A stretch of DNA of 64,000 nucleotides from Abditibacteriaceae bacterium (GCA_019239895.1 JAFAZH010000022.1:190583-254582); one strand, 5' to 3'. Numbered from the stretch's first letter, positions 29,986 to 39,895 are shown. A program made the numbers and translations. The notes: generated from the letters alone by a model not told the origin.

Positions 29986-30747
29986 TTATTGCGGTTTATG
30001 CTCCGCTTCATGGCTACCGGGTGCCGCATATTTTGATGGCGGCACATCCAGGCTGAAAAACTCTAATACATCGTCTATCCGATGCGATTCCTGGTCGCAC
30101 ATTTGCGTCATGCGCTGCACCTTCTGCCGGGCACCGAGAATCGCCTTACGCTTTTCTTCAATTTGCGCTTGTAATGCTGCGATTTCCGTTTCTGTATGAG
30201 TGACGAACCCATCAGCCTGTTTGGAAAGATTTTCAATATAGGCATTTAACGCCGCCAATTTGCGCGAGGCGTCGGTGACAATGGTTTCCGGCGTCGCCCC
30301 TAAACTCTTGCCTAAAGAACCCAGCGTCACCTTAACCGTCTGCCGCTTGGTGTCCAAGGGCAACTCAGACGGTAAGGAGGCCAGCATATCCAACATTTGT
30401 TCGGCGGTAAAGGGTGTCGCAGGCAAATGGGCCATTTCGTAAATCTTAGCAGGTGTCACTTCCCCGGCAGGTGCCGCCCCCGCTTCGCCGGGTGTTGCCA
30501 CTTTAATCTCATCTAAGTTGGGGCCTTCCGCATCGCGCACGATCTGCTCGACGGTCTTGGTTGGCCCGCCCATATTCGGCTCGGCATCCGGCACAGCAGA
30601 GCTATGTTGCGCCGACTGCTCCACCCGCGCTAAAACATCGTCTAAATCAGACGAGCCTGCAAACTCGTCCCCTTCAGATTTTACCGTTTCGGGGGGTAGT
30701 TCGACGACCAACCCCGCCGCTTTACGCATCGCATCCCGTAAGTTCAT
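29986..30747 (-). CDS. Hypothetical acidic protein with C-terminal coiled coil (PspA-operon partner)
   Basis: 253 aa, no known motifs. Co-directional with pspA and 246 bp upstream of it. Confidence 0.45.
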   Translation of the reverse strand: MNLRDAMRKAAGLVVELPPETVKSEGDEFAGSSDLDDVLARVEQSAQHSSAVPDAEPNMGGPTKTVEQIVRDAEGPNLDEIKVATPGEAGAAPAGEVTPAKIYEMAHLPATPFTAEQMLDMLASLPSELPLDTKRQTVKVTLGSLGKSLGATPETIVTDASRKLAALNAYIENLSKQADGFVTHTETEIAALQAQIEEKRKAILGARQKVQRMTQMCDQESHRIDDVLEFFSLDVPPSKYAAPGSHEAEHKPQ

Positions 30748-30796
30748 TTATAACCTCAATGACTGCACGACTTCTAACCCTGAATACAACCATTGC

Positions 30797-31759
30797 TTAG
30801 ATTGAAGACGACATGTGCGCCATGCTTTGCTCGAACGGCGCGTATTCTTCCAGCAGTTCTGTCATCGTATTGGTTTGGGTAATAACATCCTCAATATCAG
30901 CTAACACTTGCTCTGGAGAACGCGCACAGACTTCATCACTAATGAGGCCGAAGGTATCTTCCAACAACTCTAACTGATGGTCTAAGTTGCTGAGCATCTT
31001 GCCCATTTTACCAACAAACTCGCGCCTGCGCTGTAATACATCCAGGCGCTTTTCCAGCACCGCTTTGGTCGAGGGTTCTTGCTCTTGCTCAACCAGACGC
31101 CGAATGCCATTTAAATTCTCATCGTAGCTGGCCTGTAACTCCTGCACTGTCTCCTGCACCCCGTGGTCTCCCCCATGCGGCGCAGTATTGACTATATTGT
31201 CGTCGAAACCATTGCTACCATAGGTGGAAGCACGAGCATGACTCCGGCGCTTTTTCAAAGTGTCGTTTGGTGATCGTAATCCTGGCCCATCGTCGCCCCT
31301 GCCTCGATGGTCATTGCGCTCCTGTTGCAAGGCCGCTTCCAGGTAGGTGCGAAATTGCATCTCCTTACTGGCGAATTGGAGAAATTTTTCCAGGAGATAA
31401 TCTAGCTTGCGCAGCACTTCACGAAACCAGATCTGCTCATCCATTGACTGGGCCGCGATCCGCTGGCGCACTTCTTCCAGTCGCATGAAGCGGGCCTGTA
31501 AAACAGGGCGCAGTGTCGGCAGGAGTTGCTGCTTTAGCCGTTCGCGGCGCTGATTAACTTCGGCATCGAAGCGTTTAGACAAGCGAGCTTCATACCATTT
31601 AGAATCGGGCACGAATACCAGATACACGGCTTCGACGACCAGACCCGCCAGAAACGGCAAAGGATTGAGAGTCGCTGCTGACAAGGCGACAGCCGCTGTC
31701 ATGCCCACAACATTAAAATTCTCTTTGATTGCAGATAGATAGCGGTTTTGAGCGAGCAT
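30797..31759 (-). CDS. Hypothetical membrane protein with two N-terminal TM helices and an extended coiled-coil region (first gene of the putative pspA operon)
   Basis: 320 aa. Hydrophobic stretch MTAAVALSAATLNPLPFLAGLVVEAVYLVFV, then heptad-rich helical sequence. Confidence 0.45.
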   Translation of the reverse strand: MLAQNRYLSAIKENFNVVGMTAAVALSAATLNPLPFLAGLVVEAVYLVFVPDSKWYEARLSKRFDAEVNQRRERLKQQLLPTLRPVLQARFMRLEEVRQRIAAQSMDEQIWFREVLRKLDYLLEKFLQFASKEMQFRTYLEAALQQERNDHRGRGDDGPGLRSPNDTLKKRRSHARASTYGSNGFDDNIVNTAPHGGDHGVQETVQELQASYDENLNGIRRLVEQEQEPSTKAVLEKRLDVLQRRREFVGKMGKMLSNLDHQLELLEDTFGLISDEVCARSPEQVLADIEDVITQTNTMTELLEEYAPFEQSMAHMSSSI

Positions 31760-31773
31760 AACGGCAGTTCAAG

Positions 31774-31794
31774 CTTAACAACAGTTGTGTTAAC
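31774..31794. promoter_or_regulatory. Palindromic candidate operator TTAACA-N7-TGTTAA in a divergent promoter region
   Basis: cttaacaacagttgtgttaac, read directly. It lies between divergent genes 30797..31759 (-) and 31897..32298 (+). Confidence 0.25.
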
Positions 31795-31896
31795 CCTTTA
31801 AGAGTCCTAACCTGTTCATGCAGTTTACTCATAAACAGCGGGACTTTCAGTAAAAATTTCTGGCGGCTGGTAAATTGTCAAGTATTTCATTTATAC

Positions 31897-32298
31897 TTGG
31901 CCGCTGTTTGTGCTGCAATTATGTTGCACAATCTGATTTCAAAGAGGATAAATACCGCAGCTATGGAACTTTATGCCTACCACGCCACCTGGGATGAGGA
32001 TGACCCACACGCCAACTTCAAAGCAGAAGTGGCTAATTACACAGTTAGTGATCCCTTGCCCACTTTCGAGAACTTGAGCCAGGCTACTGGCATCCCTGTA
32101 CCGTGCCTTATTCGCTATGTCCTCGTTAAATGGGCCGCGTCCGGGAGCGAGGCATTATTAGCACTGCCACCCATCGCCCTGGAACAGATACGCCAGCACA
32201 TTGAACGCGCGGAAGCAATAGGGACAGGGACGGCACGGCTGCAAGCTTACGAGGCACTGCGTCAGATGATTGAATGGCTCCAGGCCCCGACGCCATAG
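31897..32298 (+). CDS. Hypothetical protein
   Basis: 133-aa ORF with no recognisable motifs. Confidence 0.3.
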   Translation: MAAVCAAIMLHNLISKRINTAAMELYAYHATWDEDDPHANFKAEVANYTVSDPLPTFENLSQATGIPVPCLIRYVLVKWAASGSEALLALPPIALEQIRQHIERAEAIGTGTARLQAYEALRQMIEWLQAPTP

Positions 32299-32311
32299 AT
32301 TAGGCCACCAC

Positions 32312-33525
32312 TCAGGCGGGCGGTTTTTTGGCGATATGCAGGTGCCATTGATAGGCTGCCGAATTGAGGGCTTCATAAGGCGGCAAGTCAATAGCGGAAT
32401 AGCTTTGCTGAAAGCCCTGCGCGTTGTAGCGCGTTAACTCATTAGCTAAAGATAATGCACTACTCGGTTGGGCAGGCCGGAAATGATATTTTAGCCCACT
32501 CTGAAGAGCTTCCTTACTGCCCAGAAAATTGATGAAAGCCAGGGCACCTTCTCGTTGCTCAGGAGTGGCCCAATCTCCAGTAAGCAGGCTAACAGCATGT
32601 TCCGAGACCGCAGTGGGATGCGGGTAGATAACGGCTAAATCGGGATTATGCGGCGCGGCTTCGAGGGCGGCGCTCTCATAAGCCGTAATAACGTCATAGC
32701 GCGAGGCATCTTCTAAAAATGCCTGCGTCAGCTTGGTTGTCCCCTGCTCGGCAGGTTTATCATAGATCAGGCTGCGCTCTAATTCACTTAAATACTGGAG
32801 GAACTTAGGGTCAGTGCTGAGCCGAGCCAGAGAGCCACCTTGCCCGGTGCGCTCTCCATAATCATAGAGTATCAAGCCCAGTGTCAGCATCCCACTGCTG
32901 GAAGTGAGGGGGTCAGCATGGGAAAAGCGAAACCACGTCCAGGGCGTCTTAAGCTGGTGCAGACTCAGCTTGCGCAGTGCCAGCCAGGGGTTGGATCCAC
33001 CCAACAGGGGACGTAGGAACTTCGCCTTGCGTTGAGTCGTGAGAAAGACTAAGGGTGAACGCAAAAAGACTCGATAAGCATTGGGGTCGCTCATATCCAA
33101 CAGCGTGCTATGATGCTTCTCTGTCCAGGCTTCGGCCAATCGTGTGGGCCAAATGGGGCTGCCCGGACTCCAGAGGATGGGTTTTCTTTGCCCTCTAAAA
33201 TGGCGTGCATCGCCTCACGCGAAGGAATAGCCTTAGTGACAATGTGCCATTTCCCACTATTAGCCCCATTAAAGTGGTCAACCTGATCCTGCACCCAGTC
33301 TTTCTTCGCCGCCGTGATGACAAACTCAATGTCGCTATTGCTGCCACTGCCGGATGAACCGTTGCTACCACCCGCGCCTTTGCCGATATTTGGGAGTTTA
33401 AAGTTCCAACCCGGCCCGGAAGAGCGTCCCGCCCCTTGCTGCTGTTGCCACCATTTCATGCCACCAATGGCAAGGCCCGCGACTAGAATCAGAATAGCGA
33501 CTTTACCTAACCCCGTTAGGCGCAT
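32312..33525 (-). pseudogene. Probable frameshifted extracellular solute-binding protein gene (two overlapping ORFs in different frames)
   Basis: ORF 33525..33091 encodes a signal peptide plus an SBP-like N-terminus (DIEFVITAAKKDWVQDQVDHFNG). ORF 33139..32312 continues in another frame. The junction lies at an A-rich run (ggcaaagaaaaccc, about 33178-33192). Confidence 0.4.
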
Positions 33526-33797
33526 GAAAATCTCCTGAGCGATGAATGCCGTTTAGCCCTGCTTCAACATTTATGAGTCTTTATTATACCTGTGTCCAGA
33601 ACTCCCCATGTTAAAGGCAATCATACGTGGCCGCGTCGCCGGGAAACCTTAAGGAAGACCTGACATGATGAAAAGGGTAAAATAGAAATGGCTCTGGCTT
33701 GCCGCAATAGATTCATCTTGTGATAAAACAAGGAAATACGACTTAGCGCGTCCATTAACCAGTCAGATGATAATGATATTAAGGAGCAGTACCCTTC

Positions 33798-34931
33798 GTG
33801 GCTTTCCCAACAACTGAAACTCCGCAGCCTCTTTACGCACCCCAAAGATCGCTCACCCCTTTATGGCTTTTGGGCCTTCCCATTTTCCTCCTGCTTGTGT
33901 TCTGGCTTGCCAAGAGACGAGCCGACTCGCCGCTTTACACGCTACGCAGCCATAATAGTGGCAACGTGGTCTCGCTGGCATTTTCTCCCGATGGGAAGGT
34001 TCTGGCGAGTGGCACTGTGGGCGCCTCCGACAGCGATGATAACGGCACTTCCTGGGAGGGCACCGAAGTGCAACTGTGGGACACCCAGACCGCGACCCTG
34101 TTGCACACCTTAAAAGGACGCAGCGGAGAACTAAAATGCATCGCCTTCTCACCCAATGGCCGTGTGGTGGCGGGGGGCAGCAATGGCACCGCACCAGTTG
34201 ACACAGACAGCGAGAATAATGGGCGAGCCGATGAAAGTTTATTTAGCATTCGCCTGTGGGACGTACGTTCGGGAGCCTTATTACGCGTCATTCCCGGCAC
34301 CAGAGCCGAGATTCATACTCTGAACTTCTTGCCCAATCGCTGCTTAGTCACCTTGCATAGCCTCAACAACAATGTGGCCCTGGGTAAAACTCGTGAGCCA
34401 GGGCAGATTCAGCCTATTCGACACATTAAGGACACCGACAGCATCAATGCCTTAGCCCTCTCCCCCGACGGTAACACCATCGCTTGTAGCACCTGGGAGC
34501 GCAAAGAGGTTCCGATCATCCACTTGTGGAACGCCCAGACGGGACGGTTGCTCTACACCTTGCGCGGTCATACCGATATGGTGCCCAACATGGTTTTCTC
34601 TCCTGACGGCAGAATGTTAGCCAGCGGCGTCGCGGCTCAAGCCCCTAACCCTTCGGAAATCAAGCTTTGGGATGTCAATTCTGGCAAGCTCATCACCACG
34701 CTCAACGGCAACCGGGCACAAGTGACTTGCCTCGCCTTCGCACCAGACGATAAGACCCTGGTCAACGGCAGCAGCGATGACACCATAAAACTCTGGGACG
34801 TGCCGACTGGCCAGCTACGCCGCACCATCAAAAGCGGCACAGAAATGGACGCCCTCACCTTTACCGGAGATGGCAAAACCCTGGCTGGCGGCGGCACAGA
34901 TAGCATCATAAAGCTGTGGAATATCGGGTAA
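33798..34931 (+). CDS. WD40-repeat protein with N-terminal TM helix
   Basis: 377 aa. Multiple WD repeats (IKLWDV, VQLWDT, IRLWDV, IHLWNA, IKLWNI). Confidence 0.85.
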   Translation: MAFPTTETPQPLYAPQRSLTPLWLLGLPIFLLLVFWLAKRRADSPLYTLRSHNSGNVVSLAFSPDGKVLASGTVGASDSDDNGTSWEGTEVQLWDTQTATLLHTLKGRSGELKCIAFSPNGRVVAGGSNGTAPVDTDSENNGRADESLFSIRLWDVRSGALLRVIPGTRAEIHTLNFLPNRCLVTLHSLNNNVALGKTREPGQIQPIRHIKDTDSINALALSPDGNTIACSTWERKEVPIIHLWNAQTGRLLYTLRGHTDMVPNMVFSPDGRMLASGVAAQAPNPSEIKLWDVNSGKLITTLNGNRAQVTCLAFAPDDKTLVNGSSDDTIKLWDVPTGQLRRTIKSGTEMDALTFTGDGKTLAGGGTDSIIKLWNIG

Positions 34932-35512
34932 TTATCATTTAAGTTTCACTTTCGCCCACGCCTCATCAATCTGTCACCAGTTCGTTTAACAGAGGGCCGC
35001 ACCGCACTTGTTGGCATTTGGTGCTGTTTAACGCTGACCACTCAGAGTCCTATTGACAGCGACCAGGTTTAGGAATCACTCTTTTAGGGAAGAATATCCA
35101 TATCCCTTTAATCTTATTTTGCTAAAAACGAGTATCCATGAAAAAGCTTTATTCCTGCTGGCCCCGGGGGCATTACCTCTAATCTTGAATGGCACTCGCG
35201 CTGTTGGCGCTCTGGCTACCGCTGTTCAATGGCCCTGTCCTGAGCACTCGACTTGCCTCGGCCCCGCTCCATCCCACTGCTGTCACAAAGCATCATCCGT
35301 CCAATTCATCCTATCTACATTTACTATTAAGATTGGGGCCAATATAAGCCTTAAAGCTTGGTGATGCCGTGCTATTGCGTTGGAGCAATCTACTGGATAG
35401 CTCCGGCAGCGTCGTGACTTGTCAAACCGCACCGACTTACAGCACATTAATGACTTTTTAATGGTTATCACTTAATCTGTTAAGTTAATCAGCTTCAATT
35501 AATGGAGGAATC

Positions 35513-35974
35513 ATGGAAAAGGGCAAAGCAACAGTTAAGCACTGGATATTATTCGGGGTAGCATTATTAGCTATCACGGTCACGGCGTGGCCTTATATAT
35601 TGTCTGGCCTGGCTGATCGTGGCGGCGCCACGGCGGGCGGCGCGGGTGGCCCTGGGGGCGGTAGACTCAGCCCGGCGCAAAGACTAGAGATGATGGCCAA
35701 GACGCTAAGTCTCACTGAGCCACAGAAGGCCCAGGTAAAGACAATTCAAGATGAAATGATGCCCAAGATGCAAGCGATTCGACAGAATACCTCTCTGTCG
35801 CCTGAACAAAGGCGAGCGCAAATGCAGCCCCTCCGCACCGAAATGCAAACCAAAATTAAGCAGATCCTCACCCCAGAACAACAACCGAAATATGAAGCGA
35901 TGCTAGCTCAAATGCGTGCCCGTTTTGGCGGCGGTAATGGCGGCCCGCCCAATGGCGCACGGCCAAAAGCTTAA
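35513..35974 (+). CDS. LTXXQ-motif periplasmic protein (Spy/CpxP-like)
   Basis: 153 aa. N-terminal TM/signal, then LTEPQ and LTPEQ motifs and a Gly-rich stretch. Confidence 0.55.
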   Translation: MEKGKATVKHWILFGVALLAITVTAWPYILSGLADRGGATAGGAGGPGGGRLSPAQRLEMMAKTLSLTEPQKAQVKTIQDEMMPKMQAIRQNTSLSPEQRRAQMQPLRTEMQTKIKQILTPEQQPKYEAMLAQMRARFGGGNGGPPNGARPKA

Positions 35975-35995
35975 CCTATTGTCATAGCCAAATGC

Positions 35996-36032
35996 AAAGG
36001 CACCCTGAGAACCTCTCAGGGTGCCTTTGTTT
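35996..36032 (+). terminator. Rho-independent terminator hairpin (ggcaccctgagaacctctcagggtgcc + tttgtttt)
   Basis: Perfect 10-bp GC-rich stem followed by a T-tract, directly after the Spy-like gene. Confidence 0.65.
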
Positions 36033-36058
36033 TAAAATCGTTATTACTTCCCCATTGT

Positions 36059-36601
36059 CTACAGGCGGCGGGGAGTTATGGGTGGGGCAGTTGTGGAACG
36101 AGACACCTGACGCGGCAGCCGATTTCCGTCTATGACATCAAAAACGGCACTATACCCACTTTCAGAACGAATCTCATAGTGAGTGCCCTGGGTATTAATC
36201 GGTGGCTTAACTATAAAGAAATTACCGCGCCACTCTATTTTCCAACCGTGCATCCCGACTTGCGCATCAGCCACCCGATGCCCATGACAATCCACGACTT
36301 GTACCGGCACATCCCCCTGAGCCTCATCTGTATCCGTAATGCCAAGGCAAGTCGGCCAACCCGTAACACACTGAGGGATGCGAAGCGGATGTCTACGGCC
36401 TTTGAGTCGCAACCGCTGTGCCAGATTGAGGTGCCACTGCAAGGCTTCCTGAGCTAACAATACCTGTTGTGCTCGTTGGTGTTCTTGGCGTAGCAGCATT
36501 TGTTGCCGCCCCTGTTCCTGCATGCCCCATAAAACTATTAACCATCCACCATACATGCATAAGTGACTCGGTCGCAGTTTCATGGAGCTATTATAAAGCA
36601 T
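36059..36601 (-). CDS. Hypothetical protein
   Basis: 180-aa ORF with no motifs. An alternative 92-aa ORF exists on the opposite strand. Confidence 0.3.
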   Translation of the reverse strand: MLYNSSMKLRPSHLCMYGGWLIVLWGMQEQGRQQMLLRQEHQRAQQVLLAQEALQWHLNLAQRLRLKGRRHPLRIPQCVTGWPTCLGITDTDEAQGDVPVQVVDCHGHRVADAQVGMHGWKIEWRGNFFIVKPPINTQGTHYEIRSESGYSAVFDVIDGNRLPRQVSRSTTAPPITPRRL

Positions 36602-36763
36602 CTATCAATAGAAGCACATAAAAATTGTTATAAATTAGGTGTAAAATTTTTTACAGCAGATGAATCCAGCCTCACCGCGATTCTCAGCTAAAAAGAAACG
36701 ACCTCTGTTCCAAAACAGAGGTCGTTGATCTTGCTAAAGAGCAGCACGGCTCGTCGGTTTCGT

Positions 36764-38308
36764 TCAGGTGCCGGAGGTAAAACCTAATGCTCCCGCAAAA
36801 GCGGCACGGCGACGCTTAACAAAAGTCGCTGGAGAAGTAAAGCCTTCGCCGGTATGACCAGCCAGACTCATCGCCAGAAAGCCTTCACCGTTGATACCCT
36901 CGGCAGCCGAAGAGGAACCATTGGCAACGAAGACCGTGCATTGGTAAGCGTTGCGCACCGCAGTAATGCGCATGATGTCTTTGCTATGGATGACTAAAGT
37001 ATGGCCTCGTCCAGCTTCGGCTTTAAGCGCGACTTCCAGAGCTTCGTTAAAATCGCGTGCCCGGACTAATGGCATCACTGGCATCAATTGCTCTTCCACA
37101 ACCAGGTCGTGATTGGCAGGCACTTCTAAGAGGGCGACTTTAGTGCTGGCGGGCGCATTGACCCCGATACGTTGCAGAATGCGCGCGGCATCCCAGCCAA
37201 TGGGTTCTTTATTAATGTGCCCATCTTGCACCACATAATCGGCCAGGCGGCGGGCTTCCTCGCCTTGCACTAAGTAGGCTCCTGCTTCTTTCATCGCGGC
37301 AATCAGGGCGTCCGCTTTTTCCTGCACCACGACCGTCACCTTTTCGCCAATGCACAGCAGATTGTTGTCGAAAGAAGCGCCATTCACAATCGAGCGAGCC
37401 GCGTTGGGAATATCAGCCGTTTCATCTACAATCGCCGGGGGATTGCCTGGCCCGGCACAGACGGCCTTCTTGCCGACAGCCAAAGCCGCTTTGACGACGG
37501 CGGGGCCACCTGTGGCATTGATTAACCGCACAACCGGGTGCTTCATGGTGGCTTCAGCCGATTCAATGGTGGGGTTAGCCACGGACGTAAACATATTGGC
37601 CGGGCCACCATGCGAGGTAATCGCCTCATTCATCAAAGCCATAGTGGTGAGCGTACACTTCTTAGCCGAAGGATGTGGACAAATCACGGCTGAGTTACCC
37701 GCTACGGCAAAGATAATGGCGTTGTTAATGAGGCCAGAAGTTGGATTCGTGACCGGCGTGATACCGCAGATGACACCATAAGGAAAGTAATCATCAATGG
37801 TCAGGCCAAAGTCGCCGAGGTAAGTCTGTAACGGCAGCATCTCGAAGCCGGGTGTCTTTTCAGCACATAAGCGATTCTTGACTTCTTTATCCGCTACCCG
37901 GCCTAATCCGGTTTCTTCAACCGCCATCTGTGCCAAACGCAAGGCGTTATCACAGGCGCGTCGCCGCATCGCTTCGACACACTGTTTGCGTCGCTCCAAA
38001 GGCATCTTGACCCAGGCCCGTTGTGCAGTCTGAGCCGCGCCAACAGCTTCTTCCACCGTGGCGAAGACACCATGCAGTGCCAGCAACTCGGCGGGATTGC
38101 CCTGCGGATGCGCGGCGGCAGGCCGATTCTGAGGATCATCAATGCGCCCCCCGCCCCGTGCCGAAGGCCCGCCATAAGCGCCAGGCGACTGATTGAGATT
38201 ATTCCCAGAAATCGCACCCGCGCCGTTGCCACTCCCATTACTGCCCAGGGACAGGCTATCTAACACGCCACGCACAATATCTTCAATTTGCTGCTCGTTA
38301 ATCTGCAT
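36764..38308 (-). CDS. CoA-acylating aldehyde dehydrogenase (EutE/PduP-like BMC core enzyme) with N-terminal encapsulation peptide and a Gly/Ser/Asn-rich linker
   Basis: 514 aa. The N-terminal amphipathic helix MQINEQQIEDIVRGVLDSL is followed by a roughly 70-aa low-complexity linker. The ALDH catalytic region includes LLCIGEKV, containing the catalytic Cys. Confidence 0.9.
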   Translation of the reverse strand: MQINEQQIEDIVRGVLDSLSLGSNGSGNGAGAISGNNLNQSPGAYGGPSARGGGRIDDPQNRPAAAHPQGNPAELLALHGVFATVEEAVGAAQTAQRAWVKMPLERRKQCVEAMRRRACDNALRLAQMAVEETGLGRVADKEVKNRLCAEKTPGFEMLPLQTYLGDFGLTIDDYFPYGVICGITPVTNPTSGLINNAIIFAVAGNSAVICPHPSAKKCTLTTMALMNEAITSHGGPANMFTSVANPTIESAEATMKHPVVRLINATGGPAVVKAALAVGKKAVCAGPGNPPAIVDETADIPNAARSIVNGASFDNNLLCIGEKVTVVVQEKADALIAAMKEAGAYLVQGEEARRLADYVVQDGHINKEPIGWDAARILQRIGVNAPASTKVALLEVPANHDLVVEEQLMPVMPLVRARDFNEALEVALKAEAGRGHTLVIHSKDIMRITAVRNAYQCTVFVANGSSSAAEGINGEGFLAMSLAGHTGEGFTSPATFVKRRRAAFAGALGFTSGT

Positions 38309-38326
38309 AATTCACTTCCTAGTTTG

Positions 38327-38462
38327 GAACCACCGATAAACACGGATGGACACAGATGAGAAAGAGGATCGAGGATAGAAGATTGAGGATCGCAATTTAC
38401 GTATCCAGTATCTTGTATCCAGCATCCTAATTATCTGTGTCTATCTGTGTTCATCGGTGGTT
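38327..38462. repeat. Composite hairpin element E1. Outer arms: aaccaccgataaacacggatggacacagatga / atctgtgtctatctgtgttcatcggtggtt. Inner segment: gaggatcgaggatagaagattgaggatcg.
   Basis: Read directly. It lies between the stop of the 276-aa gene and the start of the aldehyde dehydrogenase gene. Confidence 0.6.
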
Positions 38463-38467
38463 AATTC

Positions 38468-39298
38468 TTATTGAATATCTAAGCCTAATTCACGGGCACG
38501 GTCGCGGGCTAAAGGTGTAATTAAGGCTCCAGCCGGTAATTGTAAAGGTTGGCCCTTACGGGCAAGCTGATCAATGTCCTGCGCCGTGATAAGTTGCTTT
38601 TTACCGTTGCCTGCTGGCTTTACAGCCCCCCCACCATTGAGGGCATTGGACTGTGTTCCAAAACGGGCTGTAATGATTGGGACAAGCTGCGTGGCAGGAA
38701 CAATTTCAAAACCATAGCTCGCTAGGGCGCGGCGATGACCTTCAAACATGCGCTTGAGCAGCGGGCTACGTGTTTTCAGGGCTTCATCATAAGGCGCGTG
38801 TAAGGCCGCAATGAGGGGCTTGCCCAACGCGATGGCAGAAAGGGCTGTTCGCGCTACGGGTTCATCAAAGATACCTAGGGCCATTTTCGCCGCATCGTCA
38901 TCACCGACAGCGGGCAAGAGTACAACATCATGTTCGGCAATCAGCCTTTCACGGGGAACTCGCTGCTTCAGTTCGTCTTCGGCGGGTTGAGTAATCTCGA
39001 AATGGGCGGCGTGTAAAGCATCTAAAGCAGTTCGGGCCTGGTCGTTTAAACATTCTTCACAGCACACCGCGACTAAAATACGACCCGCCACCTCCACGCC
39101 CTCAATGGCCGTGCCACGCCCCAACTGCACCGCGTTACCAATTTTAACCGAACCAGGCTGTCGCATTAAGGAGTTAGGGGCAAGGCCGTCTTGCTGACGC
39201 GTTGAAGATCCGTTGACTCGCACACCGCGTTCCTGCAAAAGACGCAGCACAACTTGGCTGATGATTTCCTCTAAATTTTGCAATTCGTTTCCACTCAC
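38468..39298 (-). CDS. BMC-associated protein of unknown function with N-terminal encapsulation-peptide-like helix
   Basis: 276 aa. N-terminus ELQNLEEIISQVVLRLLQERG, then a Q/S-rich linker. A CC-EEC cysteine cluster. The C-terminal repeat LITAQDIDQLARKG...LITPLARDRARELGLDI. No family recognised. Confidence 0.55.
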   Translation of the reverse strand: MSGNELQNLEEIISQVVLRLLQERGVRVNGSSTRQQDGLAPNSLMRQPGSVKIGNAVQLGRGTAIEGVEVAGRILVAVCCEECLNDQARTALDALHAAHFEITQPAEDELKQRVPRERLIAEHDVVLLPAVGDDDAAKMALGIFDEPVARTALSAIALGKPLIAALHAPYDEALKTRSPLLKRMFEGHRRALASYGFEIVPATQLVPIITARFGTQSNALNGGGAVKPAGNGKKQLITAQDIDQLARKGQPLQLPAGALITPLARDRARELGLDIQ

Positions 39299-39597
39299 GC
39301 GACTCGGCTCCGTCCGGTATTTCCCCGCGCCATTACGTCCACAGAATCTATAATGCCAACAATTAAGGTGCGCACCGGAATGCGTTTCATGCCTAACATA
39401 TCCTGGGCCGCTTTGCCCTCTTCAACCAATAGCACTAAATCGCCCTCGCCTGCCCCCACCGTATCTATCGCTGGGTGAGTGCGGCCATTTGGTTTCAGGT
39501 GTTCATCCACTGGCTGTACCACCATCAATTTCGTATTGGCATAAGCCGGGTGTTTGATGACGCCTTCAACATTTCCTATGACGCGCCCCAGTTTCAT
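39295..39597 (-). CDS. BMC vertex (pentamer) protein, EutN/PduN/CcmL family (BMC-P 1)
   Basis: 100 aa. MKLGRVIGNVEGV ... AIDTVGAGEGDLVLLVEEG ... IVGIIDSV. Confidence 0.85.
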   Translation of the reverse strand: MKLGRVIGNVEGVIKHPAYANTKLMVVQPVDEHLKPNGRTHPAIDTVGAGEGDLVLLVEEGKAAQDMLGMKRIPVRTLIVGIIDSVDVMARGNTGRSRVA

Positions 39598-39882
39598 CTA
39601 ATGTTCCTTAGCCGATGCAGCATTGGCTCGTACGTTATCTACAATGCCAACGATAGAGGCATCTACCGGGGGACGCTGCTCCCAGGCCAGGGGCGCTTCC
39701 CCGGAAGTTTCATACCACACGAACTCACCCGCTCCGACACCAATCGCATCAGCGGCAATCATTTGCGCCCCGGCTGGCTGCCCGCTATGGTCACACCCCT
39801 GCACAATCAGCAAGGGGATATTTTCTAATTTCGGGTCTTTGATGGTGCAGACCACACGCCCGATAATTTTCCCAAAGTCCAT
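39598..39882 (-). CDS. BMC vertex protein, EutN/CcmL family (BMC-P 2)
   Basis: Start taken at the ATG of MDFGKIIGRVVCT; the upstream in-frame start in the ORF track is GTG. Motifs DAIGVGAGEFV and IVGIVDNV. Confidence 0.85.
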   Translation of the reverse strand: MDFGKIIGRVVCTIKDPKLENIPLLIVQGCDHSGQPAGAQMIAADAIGVGAGEFVWYETSGEAPLAWEQRPPVDASIVGIVDNVRANAASAKEH

Positions 39883-39895
39883 AGCTTGTTTATTC

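Noticed and set aside
37350-37781. 143-aa ORF antisense within the aldehyde dehydrogenase gene (similar antisense ORFs occur inside other large genes, for example 61764-62438 and 27735-28466)
   Set aside because: They are fully embedded in well-supported genes on the opposite strand and have biased, low-complexity composition. They are typical shadow ORFs in GC-rich DNA.
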